Below are positions 16,712-25,087 of a stretch of 64,000 nucleotides of DNA, piece after piece. The position numbers and the translations under genes were made by a program. The notes beneath the pieces are model-generated. The model was not told where the DNA came from. It saw only the letters and a program-made list of their open reading frames with translations, and ran no database searches. Source of the stretch: Bryobacterales bacterium (GTDB lineage: Bacteria; Acidobacteriota; Terriglobia; Bryobacterales; Bryobacteraceae); NCBI GenBank assembly GCA_963819185.1, contig CAWFVG010000003.1:223984-287983 (forward strand), in the 5' to 3' direction. Position 1 is the first letter of the stretch, and each line of letters begins with the position of its first letter.

Positions 16712-17969
16712 CCGCACCCGGAGTAACTCGCACCACGTCTTCGACGAGATCCGCGGCTTTGCGGACGCCTCCGGCCTCCTGAATCGCGGCGGCCATCCGC
16801 TGTGCGGATTTGCGATAGCCGGATTCCTCCAGCACCTCGCGGGCGAGGGCGCGCAAACCGCCCGCGTCCAGCCTTCCTAGCGCCAGGCTCCGCCCCGCTC
16901 CGCAATACTCCACCCGCCGTGCGATGGCGGGCTGCTCATAGGTGATCGGGATGGTGACCATCGGCACGCCATGGGCCAAGGAATCGAGCACCGTGTTCAG
17001 ACCGGCGTGCGTGATGGTCAGTTGCGCTCGAGCCAAGATCTCCCATTGCGGCGCGTACCCGACGACAACGGGATTCCCCGGGAGCGATGCGGTCTGCTGT
17101 TCCGTTAGTCCGCCGCCGTGACTCAGAACCAACTGCACGTCCAATTCCCGGCACGCTTCCGCGATACAGCGGAACACCGGCTCGCGGCGATTCTGAAGGG
17201 TTCCCAACGACGCGTACACCAAAGGTCTTCCATCCAACCTGTCCCAGGGAAACGGAATGACGTTGGGCTGCGGGCGCCGCAAGGGACCCACATAATGGAA
17301 GTTTTTCTGCGGGCCGCAGCGGGGAAAATCGAATTCCCGAGGCAATTGCGAGATCTGCGCCCGTTTCGAAAATGACTCCTCCGCGGACGCAAGCCGCGAT
17401 AGTCCCCACTCCCTCCGGTATCGCGCCACGACGCGCGCAACCGGCCGCAGGGTCCACTCCGACATCGCGTATCCGATCCTGTTCCGCCAGCGCGCCCAAC
17501 CTGTGTCGCGATACCGCCAATCCGTGAACGGCGGCGGGAGGCATGGGTCTCGATTAATCGGCAGCGCGTTTGCAACCGTGATAAAGGGAAGGCCGAGGTG
17601 TTCAGCAATCGCGCCGCCTGCAGGTTCCATCTGATCCACCAGCAGTGCATCTATACCTGCGCTACGAATCGCCGTGGGGCCATCGCGGAGCATCATCTCG
17701 CTGCTCCGTGCGACGGCGCGAATGGTGAAGCGCAGCGCCCTCATACCCTCCAGTTCAGACAGGCGCGCCAGCGATTGCGGCAAGGATCCTGGCGGGTGAT
17801 CGCTCTCTCCAACAACCGCGAACTCGATTCCCTGCGCGAGGATTTGCGCTTCCAGATCCCGCACCTGGAAGCACGTCACGCGATGTCCGCGCGCGATCAG
17901 CTCGCGGCCCAGGGCGCCGAAGGGATGAAGGTGGCCGGCCACCGGCGGGGTGATAATCCCGAAATGCAT
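16701..17969 (-). CDS. GT1-family UDP-glycosyltransferase (MGT/CrtX-like)
   Basis: 422 aa. MHFGIITPPVAGHLHPFGALGRELIARGHRVT at the N-terminus and a THAGLNTVLDSLAHGVPMV..P donor-binding motif. Confidence 0.85.
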   Translation of the reverse strand: MHFGIITPPVAGHLHPFGALGRELIARGHRVTCFQVRDLEAQILAQGIEFAVVGESDHPPGSLPQSLARLSELEGMRALRFTIRAVARSSEMMLRDGPTAIRSAGIDALLVDQMEPAGGAIAEHLGLPFITVANALPINRDPCLPPPFTDWRYRDTGWARWRNRIGYAMSEWTLRPVARVVARYRREWGLSRLASAEESFSKRAQISQLPREFDFPRCGPQKNFHYVGPLRRPQPNVIPFPWDRLDGRPLVYASLGTLQNRREPVFRCIAEACRELDVQLVLSHGGGLTEQQTASLPGNPVVVGYAPQWEILARAQLTITHAGLNTVLDSLAHGVPMVTIPITYEQPAIARRVEYCGAGRSLALGRLDAGGLRALAREVLEESGYRKSAQRMAAAIQEAGGVRKAADLVEDVVRVTPGAVKR

Positions 17970-17975
17970 CCTGAA

Positions 17976-19643
17976 CTAGAGTTCCACGGATCGCAGCCCG
18001 GAAGATGAAGACCCCGCGCGCAGGCCGAGCCCATAGCGGCCCGGCGCCAGGATGCCCGCCGGGTCGGCCAGGTGCTTGATGCCTTCCACGAAGCGTTCGT
18101 ACGCTCCCCCAGTCCGGAGCCCCACCATGGATTGAATCCCCAGCCGGTAGGGAATATAACCTTTCTCGGTGAGCTCTTGGCGGAGCTGTTCGTAACAGGA
18201 AAGCGCGCGCTCGTCTTCTCCGGGCTGGTCGCGATCGAAGGTGATGGAGATCACGCAGATCAGAGCGCGTTCTGTGATCAGCGTTAGGGAGAGCAGCGGC
18301 TCGAAGCCATAATTCAGCATGATCCGGCTGGAAATTTCCGTCATCGCCAGTGCATGCCGTCCCTCGGCGGGCGCCACGGGAGAAAGCCACAGCAGCCCGC
18401 AACGGTCGCGGTCCGGATTCATCTGCGCCGGTGGAGGAGTGCGTTTTCGCCAGTAGGCGCTTTTGAGAGGCTGATCCGTCGGCGCCCCTTTCATCAAGCC
18501 GTAGACCGGCCGCACCAATTCGAGCGCGCGGCTGATGTCCCACCGTGCGAGCAATCCGAACAGGCCGGAGAAGCGGGAGGCCAGCGCCAGCCGCCGGTCG
18601 TCCAGAAACTGAAGCCGGGTGACGTTTCCGTGCAGCGCTTTCCGCACCAGCCGCCGCGCCTCCGCCACCTGCCCACGCGATCCATACAACCCCCCGGAGC
18701 CGTTCCACGCGCCGAAGTTCATCTTCTCCCGGAACCCGCCCATCTGCTCAGGCTTCAAGGGAACCGCGCCACCGGTTTCTTGCCAAGGATACTGTTGAAT
18801 TCCGGCCAGGACCTTGTAATCGTTACCGACGTGAATCGCACTGCGCAGAGTTCCGTTCAGGCGCAGGGGACGGAGTGCGTCGATCAAGGCAGGTAATCCG
18901 GCGGGATCGTCGCAGCGGAAAAAGAACGCCTGGAAGTGCTCCGGAGCCGGCATCAGCCACAGCGTCATGCGCGTGACTACACCGAAGTTGGACTGCGCGA
19001 ACAGGCCATCCAGGCTCGGTCCCAGGCCCCAGCGGAATACCGGCGCGGACAGAGCGCCGGGAAAGCGCGCCGCTCCTGTTTCCAGCATTTCGCCGGTGGA
19101 AAGGACCACCTCAAAGTCGCACGCCTGGGCGATGTGCTCGCCGTAAGGTGTGTGCCCGAACCCTCGCTCCAGCGTGTTGCCTACCAGGCTGCAATCCGGA
19201 CTGGACCCGGTGCCATCGATCCATAACCGCGAGTTTCGCGCGCGCAAAAACTCGAACAACTGCCCTTGCGTTACGCCCGGCTCGACCGTTACGTAGCCCA
19301 GTTCCTCGCTGAAATCCAAAATCCGGCTCATGCGGCTCAAATCCAGCAGCACGCAACCATCAGTCACCGGTACGCCCGAGCCGTATCCCCAGTTCCGGCC
19401 GGAGCTCACTGGGTAAAGGGGAATACCGAAGTGGCTGGCGATGCGCAGCGTTTGCCGGACTTCCTCGCGTGTGGCCGGCCTTAGAATCGCCGGGATGCGT
19501 TGTTTGACCGGAAAGGTGGCAGTAGCGGCGGCGCGTAATTGGTCTTCGGAAGCCACCACGTTCTCTGTGCCGAGAACCAGCTCCCACTGCCGAAGGGCAG
19601 CCTGATCGAGCATGCGTCTACCTTCTTCCCGGTGCGTAGGCAC
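17976..19643 (-). CDS. FAD-binding oxidoreductase (PCMH/VAO-type FAD-linked oxidase)
   Basis: 555 aa. PAILRPATREEVRQTLRIASHFGIPLYPVSSGRNWGYGS and LLDLSRMSRILDFSEELGYVTVEPGVTQGQL are typical of the FAD_binding_4 domain. Confidence 0.85.
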   Translation of the reverse strand: MPTHREEGRRMLDQAALRQWELVLGTENVVASEDQLRAAATATFPVKQRIPAILRPATREEVRQTLRIASHFGIPLYPVSSGRNWGYGSGVPVTDGCVLLDLSRMSRILDFSEELGYVTVEPGVTQGQLFEFLRARNSRLWIDGTGSSPDCSLVGNTLERGFGHTPYGEHIAQACDFEVVLSTGEMLETGAARFPGALSAPVFRWGLGPSLDGLFAQSNFGVVTRMTLWLMPAPEHFQAFFFRCDDPAGLPALIDALRPLRLNGTLRSAIHVGNDYKVLAGIQQYPWQETGGAVPLKPEQMGGFREKMNFGAWNGSGGLYGSRGQVAEARRLVRKALHGNVTRLQFLDDRRLALASRFSGLFGLLARWDISRALELVRPVYGLMKGAPTDQPLKSAYWRKRTPPPAQMNPDRDRCGLLWLSPVAPAEGRHALAMTEISSRIMLNYGFEPLLSLTLITERALICVISITFDRDQPGEDERALSCYEQLRQELTEKGYIPYRLGIQSMVGLRTGGAYERFVEGIKHLADPAGILAPGRYGLGLRAGSSSSGLRSVEL

Positions 19644-19676
19644 CGGGACCAGTGACGGCCCCTGACTGCCGAAAAA

Positions 19677-20525
19677 TTATTGTACAGCGAGCGCCAAATT
19701 TTCTTCAAATCCCAGAGCGCCGCGCATTGCGGAAAGCGCGAATGGCGCCGCGGACGAAGAGTCTCTCCGGATGACCGGCGCTGTGAGCCAGTAGGCGCAC
19801 AGATCGCTGACCCAGGATTCGAAACGCGGGTTGGCGTGGATCGAATCGAAGCGCAGAACTTCCATCTCGCACCGGTATTGAGGATCGTAATAAGGCGGCA
19901 GGTCGGTCCGATTCGCCTGCAACGAAGATCCTCCGATGCGCCGGAGGATCTCCGAGGAGCAATGCCTGCGTGTAGCGGTAGTGATTCCGATGCAGCCTCC
20001 CAGCGCGCGAGCCAACCCGTACGTCGCCAGCGCGATGCGCAAGGCTTCGCGCGACCGCCGCAGTTCCGGCGCCAGGGCCCAGCCGCCCACTTCGACATAG
20101 GAGACCCCGCGCCGCCGGGCTTGCTCGACATCGCGGGCCACAGCGGCGCGAAATGCCATGCCCCATTCGCCCGACGACGCCAGCGCCGCGTTTCGAACCG
20201 ACAGGCGATGGAACCCGATGGTGTTCGGGTGAGCGACATAACGGGAACAGCCGGCCACTTCCCCCTTTTGGTCCAGCGCTACCACATGCCAGGCGTGCTC
20301 ATCGCCGGAAAGCCGGTGACGGCCGTCCGTGCTGAGTTGATTCCCCTCAATGGCCCCGTCCTCCAGATACAGCTTCCCCCGCAAGCGCTGTATGCCGGAC
20401 AGCAGTATTTCGTGGCGGGAGGAATTCGATTGGACGTTTTCGAAACGCCGCGGAACGAAAGCGTCGGGAGGAGCCAGCAAGACGAGCCTCTCGCAACGGA
20501 ACTCCTTCTTATGGCAAGACTTCAT
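19677..20525 (-). CDS. LuxI/FeeM-fold GNAT N-acyl synthase-like protein (resembles the PEP-CTERM/exosortase-associated acyltransferase family)
   Basis: 282 aa. Blocks RLRGKLYLEDGAI, DGRHRL, EVGGWAL, TATRRHCSSEILRRIGG and LPPYYDPQYRCEMEVLRF. About 45% identical by eye to the ORF at 22264-23097. Confidence 0.6.
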   Translation of the reverse strand: MKSCHKKEFRCERLVLLAPPDAFVPRRFENVQSNSSRHEILLSGIQRLRGKLYLEDGAIEGNQLSTDGRHRLSGDEHAWHVVALDQKGEVAGCSRYVAHPNTIGFHRLSVRNAALASSGEWGMAFRAAVARDVEQARRRGVSYVEVGGWALAPELRRSREALRIALATYGLARALGGCIGITTATRRHCSSEILRRIGGSSLQANRTDLPPYYDPQYRCEMEVLRFDSIHANPRFESWVSDLCAYWLTAPVIRRDSSSAAPFALSAMRGALGFEENLALAVQ

Positions 20526-20843
20526 AGCGGACCCGTTCCGGATTCAAAAATCAGACCGGCCGGAACGGCGCGCGTCAGGAAGCTGTTGTTAAGAATGAAT
20601 CGGTCCCTGACTGGGTGGCCTTTAGTTGCGCGGACCTTAGAGGGCCCTGGTACAACCCCGAACCCAGTACTATTTTTCGCTTAAGCCTGTTACCGCACTT
20701 TTCCCAGGCCACCGGCAGGCACGTTTCCGGGTATCGGGGTGCGTGGCGGGCTGGCAAAATTCATCTCGTGGACCGGTTCCAACCACGCGGACACCGGTTC
20801 TGAACGACAAGAAACGGAGGCCCGGAAAGGTAGAACAAACCTG

Positions 20844-21653
20844 ATGAAATATCTAACTCTATTTGCATTTTCTTTAGCCGCGCCGTCCTTGACGATGGCC
20901 TCGCCTCTTTTAGGCGGGTTTGACCTGGACGCCGGCGCCGGCCAGCAAGTCGCAGTAGGGCCTTGCATGGTAGGTGCAACATCCGCCGATTGCATCGACT
21001 TTGACTTTAGCGGCACGAAGAGCATACCAACGCCGCCGAACGCCCCGATCGCCACCAGCGGGACTGTGGACGGAACCGGGGACAGCGCGGTGTTTACGCT
21101 TGCTTCCGCATACATGGGAGATCCCAGCGGAAGTGACGTCACCGTCGCCGACCTCAACAGCATCACCGACCCGACGGGCGGCGCGTCAACCTTGGCAACG
21201 CCCTTCATCACTTTTGCCGGGGAGCCTTGGACCATTACCCTGACCGAGGTCATGCCCGGAAGTTACGGGGCCGCTTCCTGCCTTGCCGGGACCAGCACGT
21301 CTACGGACCAGTGCACGCCGCCTGGCACTCCCTTTAATGAATCGCAGACATCCTGCGCCACCAGCACCATCGGAGTCACAACCTGCGACGTCGCCGTGAA
21401 CTTTAACTTCACAGGCGTCGCCAACGACGGCAGCGGTAACAAGACCTTGGTCTCCGGAACCTTTGGGACCACGTTCACCGGCACGACGTTGCAGCAGGTC
21501 AATGAGGCGATTCTAGCCGGTCACGATGTGGTCACATCGGACAGCGCCACCATAGGGTTCACAGCCGTCCCGGAGCCGGTGACCTTCGCGCTAGTCGCAG
21601 GAGGTTTGTTCTTCCTGGGTCTGGTCGGACGGAAGAATCCTCGACAGCTTTAG
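20844..21653 (+). CDS. PEP-CTERM sorting domain-containing secreted protein
   Basis: Internal ATG gives MKYLTLFAFSLAAPSLTMA (signal peptide). Thr/Gly/Ser-rich body. C-terminus VPEPVTFALVAGGLFFLGLVGRKNPRQL is PEP motif + TM + basic tail. Confidence 0.85.
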   Translation: MKYLTLFAFSLAAPSLTMASPLLGGFDLDAGAGQQVAVGPCMVGATSADCIDFDFSGTKSIPTPPNAPIATSGTVDGTGDSAVFTLASAYMGDPSGSDVTVADLNSITDPTGGASTLATPFITFAGEPWTITLTEVMPGSYGAASCLAGTSTSTDQCTPPGTPFNESQTSCATSTIGVTTCDVAVNFNFTGVANDGSGNKTLVSGTFGTTFTGTTLQQVNEAILAGHDVVTSDSATIGFTAVPEPVTFALVAGGLFFLGLVGRKNPRQL

Positions 21654-21702
21654 CCCAAAAACTCAAATCTCCTATCACGCGTGGTAACCACGACGGCTTT
21701 CA

Positions 21703-21739
21703 GGCCATGCAGCACTTCGGTGCGGTGTGGCCTTTTTTT
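21703..21739 (+). terminator. Rho-independent terminator after the PEP-CTERM gene
   Basis: GGCCA..GCAC-TTCG-GTGC..TGGCC nested stem followed by T7 (21733-21739). Confidence 0.7.
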
Positions 21740-21746
21740 CTTTGAG

Positions 21747-21829
21747 GGCTACTTTGGCCCCGGGGGCTACTTTGGCCCGGGGGGCTACTTTGGCCCGGGG
21801 GGCTGCTTTGGAAGGAGACTTTGGAAGGA
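21747..21829. repeat. Tandem repeat array: 18-bp unit GGCTACTTTGGCCCGGGG x3.6, then CTTTGGAAGGA x2
   Basis: Units at 21747, 21765, 21783 and 21801 (partial). CTTTGG core recurs 5 times (spacing 18, 18, 18, 13). Lies between the terminator and the start at 21858. Confidence 0.9.
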
Positions 21830-21857
21830 CACTTGCACTCGCCAACGTGAAAAGGCT

Positions 21858-22208
21858 ATGCTTGTCGCCGAAACATTGTCTGCCCCCGCCACGCAACGCT
21901 ATCTGTGCATGGACACGTTGCCCGCCACCTTCGCGCGCGGGACTCCGATGGCTGCAGACGTTGCAGACCACGTAATTCTTATCGAAGTGTGGGAAGCGGG
22001 AGGCGTCCTGCAAACCGAATGCGCGCCGGAGCGTGGCTCGCGAGTGCGCCTTTCTACTTCGCAGGGAATTGTCCGGGGCCGGGTCAAGTCGTCCGCCGGC
22101 GATGACTACGGCTATCTGGTGGAATTCTCCGTGGATCCCGCGGAGAATTGGTTTCCGGATTCTTATCGCCCTCCCTATTTGCGCCCCGCAACCGAGAGCC
22201 GGGAGTGA
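21858..22208 (+). CDS. Hypothetical small protein (about 116 aa), possibly beta-barrel/PilZ-like
   Basis: First ATG after the terminator/repeat array within ORF 21681-22208 (MLVAETLSAP..). No diagnostic motif recognised. Start is uncertain. Confidence 0.4.
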   Translation: MLVAETLSAPATQRYLCMDTLPATFARGTPMAADVADHVILIEVWEAGGVLQTECAPERGSRVRLSTSQGIVRGRVKSSAGDDYGYLVEFSVDPAENWFPDSYRPPYLRPATESRE

Positions 22209-22227
22209 CCGGGCCTGAGCTGGCGAG

Positions 22228-22270
22228 CCAGTGCCTAGCCCCCAGTGCTTAGCCCCCCAGTGTTTAGCCC
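22228..22270. repeat. Tandem 14/15-bp repeat CCAGTG(C/T)(C/T)TAGCCC(C) x3
   Basis: Units at 22228-22241, 22242-22256 and 22257-22270, in the convergent gap. The last unit contains the stop codon of the minus-strand gene 22264-23097. Confidence 0.9.
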
Positions 22271-23097
22271 ATGGACGCGACGTGGAACCTTGGGAGTTGG
22301 ACCGTACCCGTGCGTGGCGCCGCGACCCACTCGGGTTCGGCCGCGACGTTGGTTATGACCGCTGCGGTTCGCAGGGTCTCCTTGATCTCTTCGATCCAGA
22401 CGCTATACCGCGGATTCGGAGCCCACGAGTAAAACCGCAACAGCTCCATCTCGCACTCATATTGGGGATCGTAGTAAGCCGGCAGCGCCGAACCGCGCCA
22501 CTCCAGCGGCCGTCCTCCCATCCTCCGCAGGATCGACGCGGAGCCGTGCCGACGCGTCGCGCTGCTCAACCCAATTGCGCCGCCCAACTGCTGCGTTAAG
22601 GCATAGGTTGCCAGCACCATGCGCAAGGCCTCCGCAGTCCCTCGAATTTCCTCATCCAGAGCCCACCCGCCAAGCTCCGAGACCGGACAATCCAGCCGTT
22701 TGGACAGGTCCAGCTCGGCATCGATCGCGCCGCTCAACTTTTCGCTCCATTCCCGTGACAGGGCCAGGGCGGACTGCGCAACGCCTAGCTCGCGGAATGA
22801 TGTTCCGGCCGGATACTCTTTGTAGCGTTTGCAACCGCATACTTGTGCGTTGCCATCGAGGACCAATAAGTGCCAACTGGTTCGATCGCTCTCCAGCCGG
22901 TGACGGCCGTCCACCAAGTGCCAAGGCTTGATCGCCCCGTCTTGCAGATAAACCCGTCCACGAAGCTTTTGTGTTTCCGCCAGCATCTCCGCATGCTGCT
23001 TCGCATCGACACGGACATTGGCGAATCCGTCCGGGACCGCGCGCTGCGATGGAGCCAATAACAATAATTCTCGCGACGTAGACACAGTTGGACTCAT
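22264..23097 (-). CDS. LuxI/FeeM-fold GNAT N-acyl synthase-like protein, paralog of 19677-20525
   Basis: 277 aa. KLRGRVYLQDGAI, DGRHRL, ELGGWAL, SATRRHGSASILRRMGG and LPAYYDPQYECEMELLRF. Confidence 0.6.
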   Translation of the reverse strand: MSPTVSTSRELLLLAPSQRAVPDGFANVRVDAKQHAEMLAETQKLRGRVYLQDGAIKPWHLVDGRHRLESDRTSWHLLVLDGNAQVCGCKRYKEYPAGTSFRELGVAQSALALSREWSEKLSGAIDAELDLSKRLDCPVSELGGWALDEEIRGTAEALRMVLATYALTQQLGGAIGLSSATRRHGSASILRRMGGRPLEWRGSALPAYYDPQYECEMELLRFYSWAPNPRYSVWIEEIKETLRTAAVITNVAAEPEWVAAPRTGTVQLPRFHVASMG

Positions 23098-23504
23098 CTT
23101 CGCGCAGCGTTCCTTTCTTGGGTTGGATACTAAGTGGTTGGCATTGGCAATTTTTTGCCCACAACGGCTAGTCGGGCTAAGTCTGCTATTCTCAGTGACC
23201 GATCCGCTTTCCCTGGCCGTACGTTGGGTCGAAGTGCTTCTTTTCTACCCGACTCTACCCAAGCTGTCTCTGTAAGATTTTCTGCCCGCGTCAGAGCGAG
23301 GCGACGCTGCGGCGCACCTTCTCAAGTGGAAATGTTTGCAGTCACGCTGCACAAACTTATGCATCGCCCGCGACTATACGCGACCACGGTGCGCCCAGTG
23401 CGGTATTCCAATCACGTCTAGTTCTGGGAACAACGCTTACGGGTCTATTGCATGGGAGCGGGCGCGCTCCGGCGTGGCAAGACCACTGAAATACGGAATC
23501 TGGT

Positions 23505-24254
23505 TTGCAACGCGCTTGGAAGATGCACCGAACTGCACACCGGAATTCTCTCCACAAACTACTGCCTGCGGCTCCGCTATTGCGCCGCCCGTCGAATCGA
23601 GCCTCACACGCCAGCATCGCCGCGCAGGTTCTGGTAGCGCAAGAGAGCGAACGCCGCAGAGTCTGCCGCGAGATGCACGACGATCTGGCTCAGCGTGTCG
23701 CTTTGCTTGAGTTCGAAATCGAAAGCATGAAGCGGCGTTTCAATTCCCAGCCGCAGGTGCTTCCGGAGCTCGACTCGCTGCGCGGCAGCGTGGCCATGCT
23801 CGCCGAAGACGTTCATCGCATTTGTGAACGCCTGCACCCGGTGGTGCTGGATAACCTCGGCCTGGTTCGCGGCGTCGAGTTTCTGTGCCAGGACCAGTCC
23901 AGGGCCAGCACTGCCCACGCCGTGTTCTCACACGGAAATATTCCAAAACAGCTTCCCGCCAATGTGTCGCTGTGCATCTACCGGATCGTCCAGGAGGCGC
24001 TCAGCAACGCCACGAAATATTCCGGAGCGGCCGAAGTTAACGTGGCGCTTCGCACAGAGGGCGGTGGAATCCGCGCCATCGTAAGCGATGCCGGCCGCGG
24101 TTTCGACCCCCAAGCGGACGGTCACTCGGGTTTGGGCTTGGTGTTTATGGAGGAGCGGGTCAAGCTGCTGGGCGGACGCTGCCGCATCACATCCGCACCC
24201 GGCAAGGGCACACGGATCTCCGCTTGGGTCCCGATCGGACCTGGTCCGAAATGA
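23505..24254 (+). CDS. HisKA_3-type histidine kinase with no recognisable sensor or TM domain
   Basis: 249 aa at most (first start after an in-frame stop). H-box ESERRRVCREMHDDLAQ about 40 aa from the N-terminus. N-box QEALSNATKYSGA. G-boxes DAGRGFD and GLGLVFMEERV. Confidence 0.85.
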   Translation: MQRAWKMHRTAHRNSLHKLLPAAPLLRRPSNRASHASIAAQVLVAQESERRRVCREMHDDLAQRVALLEFEIESMKRRFNSQPQVLPELDSLRGSVAMLAEDVHRICERLHPVVLDNLGLVRGVEFLCQDQSRASTAHAVFSHGNIPKQLPANVSLCIYRIVQEALSNATKYSGAAEVNVALRTEGGGIRAIVSDAGRGFDPQADGHSGLGLVFMEERVKLLGGRCRITSAPGKGTRISAWVPIGPGPK

Positions 24255-24422
24255 ATGGCTCATGTCCAATGACGGCTAGCGCCATTCGCACTGAAACCAT
24301 GCTTGCGAGCGCCTTGGGCGATTGCGGCAGCACACTCTCCTGAGGAGCCGGGACAGGTGACGGACACTATCCCTGACCGGGTGGACGGAACCGGAACCGG
24401 CTCTTCAGGGCTGTCATCGCGC

Positions 24423-25041
24423 ATGCCGCGCATCGTCATTGCCGACGACCACCTTCTCATGGCCCAAGGCTTGGCGAAGTTGTTGGCGGAGGATTTTTAC
24501 GTGGCGGCGGCGGTAAACAACGGGCGGGACTTGCTGGCGGCCGCGGCCAAGCATACCCCTGACCTGGCTTTGATGGACGTTCTGTATGCCGGAGATGACC
24601 GGCGTGGAGACCGCACGCAAACTCCGCCGCGTCGCGCCGCTCTGCAAGGTCATTCTGATCAGTATGTATGGCCAGGCCGAGTTTGTACGGGAAGCGTTCA
24701 GCGCGGGCGCCTCCGGTTATCTGTTGAAATCTTCCGCTAGCGCGGAACTCCATGGCGCCATCCGCGAAGTAATGGACGGAAACGTCTACGTCAGTTCCAT
24801 GATCGCCAGAGATGTTCTGGCGACCCTGCTGACGCCGCCTCCGGCGGCTCTAAGCCCGCGCGAGCGCGAAATTCTGGCGCTGGTGGCGGAGGGATGCTCC
24901 GCCAAGGAAATTGCCGGGCGTCTGCACATCGCCGTGAAGACCGCCCAATTCCACCGGACCAATATCATGACCAAGCTCGGGATTCACTCCACTGCGGAAT
25001 TGACCAAGTACGCGCTGGGTCACGGCATCGTCTCGTATTAA
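24423..25041 (+). pseudogene. NarL/FixJ-type response regulator (REC + LuxR/GerE HTH) split by a +1 frameshift just after the phospho-acceptor Asp
   Basis: Frame 0 reads MPRIVIADDH..PDLALMDV. The +1 frame from 24586 reads MPEMTGVETARKL..GASGYLLK..LSPREREILALVAEGCSAKEIA. There is one extra nt within CTGT at 24582-24585. Confidence 0.75.
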
Positions 25042-25087
25042 CGATCTGTCTTTAAAGCATTCTCCGCATTAAGACGATCATGCCGTC

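Noticed and set aside
21681-21857. N-terminal extension of the small ORF encoding GYFGPG x3
   Set aside because: The extension would have to be translated through a strong intrinsic terminator hairpin + T7 (21703-21739) belonging to the upstream gene. Its start is a GTG with no SD. It is treated as a non-coding repeat array.
23145-23158. Sigma54-like promoter TGGCAATTTTTTGC upstream of the histidine kinase
   Set aside because: The GG-to-GC spacing is 11 rather than the canonical 12. It also lies about 350 bp from the nearest start codon, and no EBP gene is nearby.
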